NCBI RefSeq assembly: GCF_040217025.1
Contig: NZ_JAVJOA010000001.1
Location: forward strand, 104,528 to 168,527
Direction of reading: 5' to 3'
Origin: Pseudohaliea sp.
GTDB lineage: Bacteria > Pseudomonadota > Gammaproteobacteria > Pseudomonadales > Halieaceae
DNA length: 64,000 nt
The first letter of the stretch is position 1, and each line of letters opens with the position of its first letter. The translations under genes and the position numbers were made by a program. Shown here in pieces: positions 24,312 to 32,669 of this stretch. The notes beneath the pieces were generated by a model that saw only the letters and a program-made list of their open reading frames with translations, was not told where the DNA came from and did not search any database.

Positions 24312-25477
24312 GCCAGGCTCTCCCGCAGCCGCCGGATATCGGGGTGGCGCGAGGGGATATCCTCGCGGTCGGCCGCCTGGCGCAGGTCCCGCAGTCTCGC
24401 CAGCGCGCGCATGAGCACCGGCAGCGGCGGCCCGCTCGCGGTGAGGTTGTCCTGGTGCTGCTCGCCGATATGCTCGGCCGGCTTCTCGATGAACTTCGCC
24501 ACCAGCTGGTCGTGGTGCTGTGCCGCCGTCTGCCCATGCAGTTCGCAGACCTCGAGGAACAGGGCGAGGTTCTCCCGGCAGGGTGACGCCCGGCGCGCCG
24601 CCTCCGGCAGGTCGAGAAAATCATCCATCAGGCTGCGCCGGCGCATGCAGTCGCGGAGGATGACCTGGTCCTCGGGCATCATGTAGAGGAACTTGTCCAC
24701 GAGCAGCTGCGAGTAGTACGCATGGTCGGCACGGCAGAGGCCGAGGAGCATGTCGATGACGTTGATGCCTGCGAAGTCACCCGCGTTGGCGCCGCGGTAC
24801 ACGTGCTGGGCGACCCGGTGCGGCTTGAAGTAGGGGCGCACGCAGTAAAAGAAGCGGTCCGTGTCGAGCTCGGCGAAGAGACGCTCATTGGAAGCGACCA
24901 CACCGGCCAGCGCGCTCTTCGCCATGCGCAGGAGGTCCGCGGTCACCGGGTGCCGCACGCCCAGGGGCAGACTGCGCAGCAGCGCATCGGCCGCGGCCTT
25001 GTAACCGAGGATGCCGCGCGTGTTGTAGTCGGTGAACAGGTACTCGTCGCGGAGCGTGGTGAAGCTCTTGTAGCGGCCATCCACGGCGCGGTTGTGGGTG
25101 GTGAGGTGGCTGGTGGCAAAGCGCGGCGTCACGCCCAGGCTGGCGCCGAGCTGCAGGGCCAGGGCCGAGGCCTCGGGCAGCCCGCCATCCTTCGCGTCCT
25201 GGTCCGCCGCACCGTGGCGGGCACAGGCGGCCATGAACAGGCCGACGTTGCCGAGCAGGTCGAAGCCCGCATCGAAGCCCTCGTCCGTGTTGCCCTCGGC
25301 CAGCAGGCGGGCGACGTGTTCGTTGCCCTCGACCTTGAGCCGGGCCTTCAGGTCCTCCCCGACCCCGGCGACCTGTGCGCGGTCTGCCTGCGCGAAATAG
25401 GCTTCTTCGAGCCGTGTATTGAGTTCCGCAAAGGTGCTGCGAATCCAGTGGTCGAAGCGTTCGGCGTTGGTGGTCAT
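24308..25477 (-). CDS. PrnB/IDO-like haem-dependent aromatic oxygenase family protein (DUF1864-like)
   Basis: RFFYCVRPYFKPHRVAQHVYRGANAGDFAG resembles the PrnB segment [21 protein letters not shown] as I recall it. All-helical composition. Start at the internal ATG (MTTNAERF). Confidence 0.6.
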   Translation of the reverse strand: MTTNAERFDHWIRSTFAELNTRLEEAYFAQADRAQVAGVGEDLKARLKVEGNEHVARLLAEGNTDEGFDAGFDLLGNVGLFMAACARHGAADQDAKDGGLPEASALALQLGASLGVTPRFATSHLTTHNRAVDGRYKSFTTLRDEYLFTDYNTRGILGYKAAADALLRSLPLGVRHPVTADLLRMAKSALAGVVASNERLFAELDTDRFFYCVRPYFKPHRVAQHVYRGANAGDFAGINVIDMLLGLCRADHAYYSQLLVDKFLYMMPEDQVILRDCMRRRSLMDDFLDLPEAARRASPCRENLALFLEVCELHGQTAAQHHDQLVAKFIEKPAEHIGEQHQDNLTASGPPLPVLMRALARLRDLRQAADREDIPSRHPDIRRLRESLA

Positions 25478-25568
25478 GCGGGGATTATACGTGTGAAGCA
25501 CCGTGGGAGCTGTATCCTCCGCCCCGGCGGCAAACTTGCACGGTGAGCCGAAGATGATCACCTACGGA

Positions 25569-25584
25569 TAGCACAGCTGTGCTA
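25569..25584. promoter_or_regulatory. Perfect 16-bp palindrome TAGCACAGCTGTGCTA (candidate antitoxin operator)
   Basis: Read directly, 34 nt upstream of the antitoxin ATG. An extra ATAGCA half-site lies at 25595-25600. Confidence 0.5.
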
Positions 25585-25617
25585 CATTCTTCGCATAGCA
25601 TGGAAGGGGAACGCAGC

Positions 25618-25896
25618 ATGAGCACGACAACGATTCGCCTGCCGGAACAACTCAAGAAACGCCTTGGTGAGGCGGCGCGGAAGGCAGGCCTGACGCCCCA
25701 TGCCCTGATCATCCAGGCCATCGCGGAACGTGTCGACGCCGAGGAAAAGCAAGGGAGTTTCATCGCCGAGGCGGAAGCGCGCTACGATAACCTTGTCTCG
25801 ACGGGCGAGGCCATTTCCTGGCCGGAGATGCGTAACTACCTCGAAAACCGCCGCGCCGGCAAACGCACCAGGCGGCCTCGCACTCGCAAGCTGTAG
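25618..25896 (+). CDS. Ribbon-helix-helix (CopG/ParD-like) antitoxin
   Basis: MSTTTIRLPEQLKKRLGEAARKAGLTPHALIIQAIAERV is an RHH motif. GGAAGGGGA RBS. It lies 16 nt upstream of the toxin gene. Confidence 0.8.
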   Translation: MSTTTIRLPEQLKKRLGEAARKAGLTPHALIIQAIAERVDAEEKQGSFIAEAEARYDNLVSTGEAISWPEMRNYLENRRAGKRTRRPRTRKL

Positions 25897-25912
25897 CCCG
25901 GCCCGGGAAACA

Positions 25913-26206
25913 GTGGCCCGCATCGAACTGGCACCAGAGGTCGGCGACGATATCGAGCGCATTCTGCAGCATCTGGAGGACCACGACGCCGCCCATCTCC
26001 AGCAGAGACTGCGCGAACTGATTGACGCGCTTTCTGTACTGGAGCACAACCCGGCGATCGGACGCCTCGTGCAGGGCGACCTCCGGGAGCTCATCATCGG
26101 TAGCAACGCCCGCGGCTACGTCGCCCTCTATTGCTACATCGCTGCCATTGACACGGTCTTCGTACTGGCGCTGCGAAGCCAGCGGGAGGCCGGCTACTCG
26201 CGCTGA
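25913..26206 (+). CDS. RelE/ParE-family type II toxin
   Basis: GTG start. 97 aa. The pattern DDIERILQHL ... NPAIGR ... LRELII ... YVALYCY ... VFVLALRSQREAGY fits ParE-like toxins. Confidence 0.75.
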   Translation: MARIELAPEVGDDIERILQHLEDHDAAHLQQRLRELIDALSVLEHNPAIGRLVQGDLRELIIGSNARGYVALYCYIAAIDTVFVLALRSQREAGYSR

Positions 26207-26211
26207 CTGCG

Positions 26212-28374
26212 CTAGAGGTGCTCGCGGAAGTAGCGCGTCATGGTGCTGAAGACATGCAGGCGATGGTCGGCGATGCCGTGGCGCTGGTTGGGGTAGACCA
26301 GCATATCGAACTGCTTGTTCGCGCGGATCAGGGCATCCGCGAACTGCAGCGTGAAAGCGAACTTCACGTTCTCGTCGCCGGTGCCGTGGATGAGCAGCAG
26401 CTTGCCCTGCAGCCGGTCTGCGTAGTTCACCAGGTTCACCCGGGCGTAGCCTTCGGGGTTCTCCGCGGGGGTTCCCATCCAGCGTTCCACGCCCACCGCC
26501 TGGTAGCGGGTGAGGTCGATCACCGGCGCTACACTCACCGCCACCTTGAACAGCGGCGCGGCCTTGGTCATGAGTGCTGCCGCTAGGTAACCGCCGCCGC
26601 TCCAGCCCCAGAAGCCGATACGGTCGCCGTCGATCCAGGGCAGCGAGTTCAGGTAGTCGACCCCCTCGATGTAGTCGAGCACCGCCCACTTGCCATACTC
26701 GCCGTAGGTCAGGTTCTTCGCCGCTTTGCCGCGCCCGGTCGTGGTGCGGTTGTCCATGGCGAACACCACGTAACCTTCCTGCGCCAGGTAGCGGTGCCAC
26801 AGGTCCTGGGTAGGACCGCGCTGCGTGCCCCAGCGGTTCACGACGACCTGCGAGCCGGCGTTGCCGTAGCCATAGGCGATCACAGGGTAACGCTTCGCCG
26901 GGTCGAAATCCGGCGGCTTGATGACGAAGGCATTGAGCTCGATGCCGTCGTCTGTCTCGAAGGAGACGAACTCCGTGTGCGCCATGGCGTAGTCGTCGAA
27001 GGCCGGAACCGCGTCATCCGCGAGCACCGACAGGCGCTCGCCGTCCGCAGCAAGCAGCTGCAGCGTGGGTGGCGTGCGCGCATCTGAGTGGGTGGCCAGG
27101 GCGTAGCGGCCGTCCGGCGAGAGCTGCCACCGGTGCCAGCCCGGCGCGCTGGTCACGCGCTCCACCGCCCCCCCGTTCAGCGCAACGCGGTAGACGTGCT
27201 GGTCGATCAGCGACTCGCGCTTGGCGTAGAAGTATGCCCACCCTTCCTTCTCGTCGACGCCGATCACGTCGCCCACGGTCCACTCACCCGAGGTGAGCGG
27301 TTGGGCCTTGCCATCCGCTGTAATGCGGTAGAGATGCCGCCAGCCGCTGTCTTCGCTGGTCCAGAGCACGGAACCGTCGGCGAGGGGGGTCAAATCATCG
27401 GTGATATCGATCCAGGCGGGATCCGTATCCGTGTGCAGGAGTTCCACGCCTTCCCCGTCCGCTCCCGCGCGCCACAGGCGCAGGGTCTTGTGGTCCCGGG
27501 TCAGGTGCTGGACGTAGAGGTGCTCGCCGGTAGAGTCCCAGTGCAGCTGGGGCAGGTAATCATCGGCATCGTGGCCGATGTCGATCGCGCTGGTCTTCGC
27601 CGTGCGCAGGTCGTAGACACGCACCGCATTCACGGCGTGCACCTCACCCGTATTCGGGTAGTGGAAATCGCGCACACGCGGGTAGCTGTGCAGCTCGTCG
27701 ATCAGCGGATAGCGCGGTACCGCGCCGGCGTCCATGCGCCAGTAGGCAATCCGCCCCCCGGTAGGGGACCAGCGCCAGCCGTCCAGCCAGCCGAACTCGG
27801 TGCTGCCGTAGTCAAAGATGCCGTTGAAGACAGCTTCGTCGCCGTCACCGGTGACCGCCGTGGTCTCGCCCGTGCGCAGGTCGACCACGTAGAGGTTGTT
27901 GTCGAGGACGTAACCGGCATGCAGCCCGTCCGGGGACAGCTTGACCAGCTGCACCGGCCGATCGTCATCGCGCAGCGGGCGGGCGCGCCCGGCTTCGACA
28001 GCATAGTGGTACCAGCGGGCGCTGCCGTGGCCCTGCCAGTCGTTGGTGACCGGGCCGCGCAGCAGCAGCACATCGCGGCCGGCATGCCACTGGTAGTCCG
28101 TTACTTGCAATCCCGCCGGCAGCCCCGGCACCGCGGCAAGGGACAGCACACGCCCCCTGCCCTTGACGACGTCGTGGCTGATGAGGGCCGGACCGTCGGC
28201 GCCACTGTCGAGATAGGCGTAGCGCGCATCCGTCGGCAGCCACTGGAGGGCGCCGGGCATCCTGGCGGTGAAGGTATCGCTGGTGAAGATCGTCGCCAGG
28301 TCCAGTGCTTTGCCGTCCAGTGCCGCGGCTGGAAGCGCCAGCGCGAGTCCGAGCGCGGCCCCGCAGCGGAGCAT
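26212..28374 (-). CDS. Dipeptidyl-peptidase IV (S9B family), exported
   Basis: DPPIV N-terminal beta-propeller region plus the S9 catalytic domain (GFWGWSGGGYLAA, HGTGDENV). The signal peptide starts at MLRCGAALGLALALPAAA. Confidence 0.9.
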   Translation of the reverse strand: MLRCGAALGLALALPAAALDGKALDLATIFTSDTFTARMPGALQWLPTDARYAYLDSGADGPALISHDVVKGRGRVLSLAAVPGLPAGLQVTDYQWHAGRDVLLLRGPVTNDWQGHGSARWYHYAVEAGRARPLRDDDRPVQLVKLSPDGLHAGYVLDNNLYVVDLRTGETTAVTGDGDEAVFNGIFDYGSTEFGWLDGWRWSPTGGRIAYWRMDAGAVPRYPLIDELHSYPRVRDFHYPNTGEVHAVNAVRVYDLRTAKTSAIDIGHDADDYLPQLHWDSTGEHLYVQHLTRDHKTLRLWRAGADGEGVELLHTDTDPAWIDITDDLTPLADGSVLWTSEDSGWRHLYRITADGKAQPLTSGEWTVGDVIGVDEKEGWAYFYAKRESLIDQHVYRVALNGGAVERVTSAPGWHRWQLSPDGRYALATHSDARTPPTLQLLAADGERLSVLADDAVPAFDDYAMAHTEFVSFETDDGIELNAFVIKPPDFDPAKRYPVIAYGYGNAGSQVVVNRWGTQRGPTQDLWHRYLAQEGYVVFAMDNRTTTGRGKAAKNLTYGEYGKWAVLDYIEGVDYLNSLPWIDGDRIGFWGWSGGGYLAAALMTKAAPLFKVAVSVAPVIDLTRYQAVGVERWMGTPAENPEGYARVNLVNYADRLQGKLLLIHGTGDENVKFAFTLQFADALIRANKQFDMLVYPNQRHGIADHRLHVFSTMTRYFREHL

Positions 28375-28712
28375 GCGCCCGACGCGGGGAAAGGCAGCAG
28401 GGAAAAGACCCCCACGGTTACCGGCTATCACGTTCACGTCCCCCTGTCGTAGCGACCGTGGCACCTGCCCCAGGTCAATATCCAGCGAGCATAGCAGGAA
28501 GCTCACCGAAACGGATGCGGGTCGCAATATGCGAGCCCGTTCAACCTGCCGGGGTCGCTAACGCAGGGGCGCCCACCCGGGAGCGGACAGCAGATCGGTG
28601 GGAGGGCCTACCGCATGATCATCTTCTGCGAGGAAGAGCGCGCGCTGCACGAGTTCCCCTACGGCAACTTTGAGGGCAGGAACGCATCGGCAAAACGAGC
28701 TGCGGCTTGTCC

Positions 28713-29519
28713 TCAGGCGGGTTTCCGGGAAATCACGCGGGCCTGTGAGGCGGGATAGCGGCGCACGGCGAGGCAGTCGAGCGACGCGCCCCAGAGCTCC
28801 TTTAGCCTGTCTTCCGTCAGCAGGGCACGCATGTGGATGCCGCGCGCCTTCCCCGTCTCGTGCCAGCCCCGCGCCCGCGACCGCTTCGGCACCTTGCCCG
28901 GGTCGTGCACGGTGACCGAGACGTAGCCGCCGGGCTTGAGGATGCGCTGGAACTCGGCGATCCAGCCCGGTTGCAGGGCCAGGGGAATGTGCGTGAATAC
29001 CGAGGTGGCGATGATCAGGTCGAAGTGGTTGTCCGGGTAGGCAAGCGGCGGCTCCAGCCGGGACATGGACAGGTCTGCATGCGCGCCGAGAGTTTGCTTC
29101 GTCCAGTCGTAGGACACCTGGTTGACGTCACAACCGCAGCGCTCGAGCTTGAGGGGCAGGAAGTGCACGAGCACGCGCCCGGTGCCGAAGCCGAAATCCA
29201 GCATGCGCTCGGCCCGGGTGATATCGAAGCCCAGCTCGGCGAGCTCGGTCAGGTAGCGGTAGGCGTCCATCGCCCCGCTGCCGCGGAAGGTCACCGGGTC
29301 GGCCTTGCTCGGGCCCTGCACCTGGTCCACCACCGCCGTGCTGGGCACGATGGCGGGGTCTGTCTGCAGCGGGTGGAACTCCAGCTCCCCGAGGTCCCGA
29401 TAGACGTTCCGCAGCTTGTCGAGCCAGTCCTCTGCAACCGCGGGCGGCATGAGCTTGACCTTTTTGCGGAACACGCGCTTGACGGCGCGCACGTGCAGGT
29501 TACCGGTATGTACTTCCAT
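28713..29519 (-). CDS. Class I SAM-dependent methyltransferase
   Basis: MLDFGFGTGRVLVHF (motif I) and ILKPGGYV (post-II). The start is uncertain (29450, 29519 or 29651). Codons upstream of 29519 have poorer GC3. Confidence 0.7.
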   Translation of the reverse strand: MEVHTGNLHVRAVKRVFRKKVKLMPPAVAEDWLDKLRNVYRDLGELEFHPLQTDPAIVPSTAVVDQVQGPSKADPVTFRGSGAMDAYRYLTELAELGFDITRAERMLDFGFGTGRVLVHFLPLKLERCGCDVNQVSYDWTKQTLGAHADLSMSRLEPPLAYPDNHFDLIIATSVFTHIPLALQPGWIAEFQRILKPGGYVSVTVHDPGKVPKRSRARGWHETGKARGIHMRALLTEDRLKELWGASLDCLAVRRYPASQARVISRKPA

Positions 29520-29675
29520 GGGCGGGTCGCTCTGCAGCTGTTTTTCTAGGGCCGCAAGCCGGAGCACGCCGGCAGGCCGCGCGGAAGCATACACCAAAAC
29601 AGGCACAGGTGGCCGGTCGCTGTGCTGCCCTGTGCTACGCTGACCCTTCATCTAAGGAGCGCAACCCATACCGCG

Positions 29676-30239
29676 ATGCATCCTCGCCTTTTCGCCAGCC
29701 TGCCCCTTGTGGCGATGCTGTCAGCCCGCACCCGGTCCCCGGCCCCCGGGCGGCGTCGCAGCTGGCTGGCAGCATTCGGTTGCAGTCTCGCGCTATCCGT
29801 TCTCCCGGGAGTCGCCATGGCACAGGCAGAAGCAAAGGCAGCGACAGGGCTGGCCCGTCCATCGATCGACGAAACGGTCATCATGCTCTACTACCGGGAC
29901 CTCGGCCCGGCGTCGGCTTTCTACGGCGACGCGCTCGGGCTGGAGACTATCTACGAGTCCGCGTCGGCAAAACTGTTCCGCCTGACGTCGACGGCGGTCG
30001 TCGGCATCGTGCGGGAGGGTGAGCAGGCCTACCACCCGGCTCGCGAGGAGAACGCGGTCATGCTCAGCATCGTAACGGCCGACGTGGACGCGTGGTACGA
30101 ACGCCTGCGGGACCGCGGCGATATCGAGATCCTGAAGCCCGTTGCGAACAGCACGGACAACCCGATTCGCGCCTTCCTGGTCGCTGACCCCGGGGGGTAC
30201 ACGGTGGAGTTCTTCAGCTGGCTGAACGAACGGCCCTGA
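29676..30239 (+). CDS. VOC (glyoxalase/bleomycin-resistance fold) protein with N-terminal export signal, possibly Tat
   Basis: GRRRSWLAAFGCSLALSVLPGVAMA is followed by a VOC-like domain (MLYYRDLGPASAFYGDALGLE ... FLVADPGGYTVEFF). Confidence 0.7.
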   Translation: MHPRLFASLPLVAMLSARTRSPAPGRRRSWLAAFGCSLALSVLPGVAMAQAEAKAATGLARPSIDETVIMLYYRDLGPASAFYGDALGLETIYESASAKLFRLTSTAVVGIVREGEQAYHPAREENAVMLSIVTADVDAWYERLRDRGDIEILKPVANSTDNPIRAFLVADPGGYTVEFFSWLNERP

Positions 30240-30294
30240 CAGGCCGGCGCCCCTGCCCTGCTGCACTGGCTTGCCTCGCCTTGACCCAGATCAA

Positions 30295-30323
30295 TTGCAA
30301 ATGCGAATTGTTCGCATTATCTT
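30295..30323 (+). promoter_or_regulatory. Sigma70-like promoter TTGCAA-17-TATCTT whose spacer is a perfect 8-3-8 palindrome AATGCGAA-ttg-TTCGCATT
   Basis: Read directly. The palindrome is at 30300-30318, in an AT-rich patch 50 nt upstream of the ATG at 30374. Confidence 0.45.
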
Positions 30324-30373
30324 ATTGCTGAAGGACCCCCGACCGGGGCCTGTGCCAGACAACGGGGGCGACC

Positions 30374-30841
30374 ATGCGCTTGAAATTCCTTTGCAAAACA
30401 CACCGTCACTCACTGCTCGAAGACACGGAAGCGGCCCGATCGCTGTGGCTCGGCCTCTGTGACCAAATGCAGGCAGAACCGGCAGTCCCCACACCGCAGC
30501 GCGTGCGGGCTGCCGGCACCGCGCTGGAGGCGGCGGGCATCTACCTCATGGCCAACCCGGTGGCCGATGCCGGCCTTCTGCACCGCTACCACGAGACGGC
30601 ACAGCAGCTCATCGAGCTGCTGGTGCAGCTACGCGAAACACGGCTGGCCATCGTCGTGATCTCCGGTGCCAGTGCCCTGGTCGAACACCTCGCCCGCAAC
30701 GGCGCTGACCGCGAGGCCGCCCTCGCCGTCTGCCGCCGGCTGACGCTGCAGGGCATGGGCCGCATCGAGCAGAGTGGCCGCCACAGGCCGGCGACCGGCG
30801 CGCAGCGCCCGGCCATGGTGCGCACTGCCACCGTCCACTGA
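30374..30841 (+). CDS. Hypothetical helical protein, no recognised family
   Basis: 155-aa ORF with GC-rich third positions through most of its length. No motif recognised. Confidence 0.55.
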   Translation: MRLKFLCKTHRHSLLEDTEAARSLWLGLCDQMQAEPAVPTPQRVRAAGTALEAAGIYLMANPVADAGLLHRYHETAQQLIELLVQLRETRLAIVVISGASALVEHLARNGADREAALAVCRRLTLQGMGRIEQSGRHRPATGAQRPAMVRTATVH

Positions 30842-30867
30842 AGAACCGGGCCCGCCGGCGGCGCAGG

Positions 30868-31710
30868 TCACCCGGCGCGCTGCGTCTCCCCGAAGGTGGC
30901 CCCGGCGACCATGAACGCCTCGTAGTCATCGAGCAGCTCGGGGCGCTCGAAATGCAGGAAGTGGCCCACGCCGTCGACCAGCAGGCATTGGCAATCCGGT
31001 ATCATCCGCTCGGCGAGCCACATGTCGTCGAGGTCGATGATGCGGTCCTCGGCGCCGTTGACGATGAGCGTTCGCGCGCGGATGCGGGACAAGTCCACGG
31101 TTTCCTGAAGGTGGCCAAGCTTCAGGATGTTCCGGCAGTGCTCGTAGAACACGTCGGCATTGTCGTCGCTCAGGTTGGCGAACTGCGCGGTAATCTGGCG
31201 CTTGTAGGTCGGACCGATCTGCTGGCCGAACATGTCGATGATGAGGTCCGCACCCGCGGCGTAGTCGCGCGCATCGTAGAGCGCCTGTGCATGGGCGACG
31301 ATACCCTCCATCACCGCATTGGGCTTCATGCCGAAGCTGCTCAGCACCAGCTGGTGCACCGCCTCCGGGTAGCGGGCCGCATACGCGGCGGCGATCGCGG
31401 TGCCCCAGCTGCTGCCAGCCAGCGTCAGTGCTCCGCAGGGGGCAGCGTGTTCGACCAGCGCGTGCACTACCTCGAGTTGCTCTTCGACGGTAACGTGCGG
31501 GTTGCCGTGGAGAATGCGCGAGCGGCCAACGCCCGGCATGTCGAAGACGATAACCCGGAAATGGGGCGAGAAACGGCGGGTAATCGAGCGCCACACGGCC
31601 ATGGTCTGCAGCACGCCGCTGACGCAGAGCAATACGTTCGGGTGGTCGCCGTAGACCCGGAAGGGAATCTCGAAGCGACCGTACTGGAGCAGCTGTTTTC
31701 CCGTCTTCAT
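30868..31710 (-). CDS. RhlA/PhaG-family alpha/beta hydrolase-fold 3-hydroxyacyl-ACP acyltransferase-like protein
   Basis: Whole-length similarity to my recollection of P. aeruginosa RhlA and P. putida PhaG: FRVIVFDMPGVGRS, the nucleophile elbow GSSWG (RhlA SASWGG, PhaG SFSWGG), LIVNGAEDRI and GVGHFLHFE (RhlA GTGHFLDLE). Confidence 0.8.
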   Translation of the reverse strand: MKTGKQLLQYGRFEIPFRVYGDHPNVLLCVSGVLQTMAVWRSITRRFSPHFRVIVFDMPGVGRSRILHGNPHVTVEEQLEVVHALVEHAAPCGALTLAGSSWGTAIAAAYAARYPEAVHQLVLSSFGMKPNAVMEGIVAHAQALYDARDYAAGADLIIDMFGQQIGPTYKRQITAQFANLSDDNADVFYEHCRNILKLGHLQETVDLSRIRARTLIVNGAEDRIIDLDDMWLAERMIPDCQCLLVDGVGHFLHFERPELLDDYEAFMVAGATFGETQRAG

Positions 31711-32669
31711 ACCTGCGTTCCTTCCTTTGCCGCCCCGGCGGCGATAAGCGCCTCTGCGCGTCGCGCAGCGCTACGGCATTTCCAGCGGTACCAGGCTTTC
31801 GCAGCCAGGCGATTGGCGAGGCGGTCCAGCGGCGAAGTGACGAGCAGGTTGCGCGCGCTGAGCGCACGCAGCCGGAGCCGGGCCGGCGCCGCACGCAGGG
31901 AGACGCCCATGCCCGCCTCGAGATAGTGGAACTCGTGCCACCACCCCGGCGGCATGTACAGGGCCTGGCCCGGCTCCAGCACCACCTCGAAGCCCGCGGC
32001 ACAAGCAAGGGCGGGAAAGCGGCCGAGGTCCGGGGTGTCTAGATCGACGTAGCTGCGCACGGTACAGGGATGGCGGTAGAGCGCCGTGGAGGCCTCCGGC
32101 GGAAACAGGCGAACCCTTCGCCGGCCGCGGATTACCGCATGGAGCACATGAGCCATGTCGATGTCGAAATGCAGCGGCGTCGTGCTGCCGCGACAGCCGA
32201 AAAAGCTGAACACGAAGCGGCGGGAGAAGCGCAGCCCGACGTCAGGGAGGCAGACATCATCGAGAAGCTCCGGCAGCTGCCGCGAGAGATTGTAGAGAAA
32301 CATGCGCAGGTCGCGCCCGCGGGTCTGGGTCTCCTCGAGGAACGCCGCGAAGCTCATGGTCGCGATGCTGCCCATGTAGTGCCGCCCAGGGGCGCCGAAG
32401 CTGGCGTCGTAGACTCGAACGCTGCGCTGGCCGAAGCGCTCGGCAAGCCGTTCCGGGGTCCAGCGCCGGAAGGCGGGCCAGTCGACAGCGAAGTCATTCA
32501 CGACGACCGGCCGGCCAGCGGCGATCGCCTCGCGCAACGCCGCACCGCCCTCGTGGCTGACCGGCGGAAGCGGCTGCCAGCGAAGCCCGGTGACGCAGGC
32601 CCCCGCCGGTGCTGCGGCGGGCTGGCCGGAAAACACCGACTGTGCCGGGACGCCCTGCGACAGTGTCAC
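31707..32669 (-). CDS. JmjC/cupin-8 domain Fe(II)/2-oxoglutarate oxygenase-like protein
   Basis: VVNDFAVDWPAFRRWTPERL, the HxD motif in TPLHFDID and the distal His in PPGWWHEF. The GTG start overlaps the upstream stop (GTGA), and its stop overlaps the downstream ATG (ATGA). Confidence 0.8.
   Translation of the reverse strand: MTLSQGVPAQSVFSGQPAAAPAGACVTGLRWQPLPPVSHEGGAALREAIAAGRPVVVNDFAVDWPAFRRWTPERLAERFGQRSVRVYDASFGAPGRHYMGSIATMSFAAFLEETQTRGRDLRMFLYNLSRQLPELLDDVCLPDVGLRFSRRFVFSFFGCRGSTTPLHFDIDMAHVLHAVIRGRRRVRLFPPEASTALYRHPCTVRSYVDLDTPDLGRFPALACAAGFEVVLEPGQALYMPPGWWHEFHYLEAGMGVSLRAAPARLRLRALSARNLLVTSPLDRLANRLAAKAWYRWKCRSAARRAEALIAAGAAKEGTQV

Noticed and set aside
28512-28545. Imperfect hairpin (TCGCA-ata-TGCGA flanked by CGGG/CCCG) considered as a terminator for the methyltransferase gene
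   Set aside because: The stem is bulged and short, and no U-tract follows on the minus strand. It lies within the 5' region of the DPP-IV gene, so I cannot support a terminator call.
28615-28758. 47-aa ORF MIIFCEEERALHEFPYGNFEGRN... in the 338-nt DPP-IV/methyltransferase spacer
   Set aside because: It is too short, has no RBS and overlaps the 3' end of the methyltransferase gene. It could be a gene remnant, but I cannot recognise a family.
30297-30321. Palindrome upstream of the orphan gene considered as a Fur or Zur box
   Set aside because: Aligning it to the 19-bp Fur consensus GATAATGATAATCATTATC requires a 6-nt insertion, and the half-sites (AATGCGAA) do not fit NATWAT hexamers. It is kept only as a generic operator.
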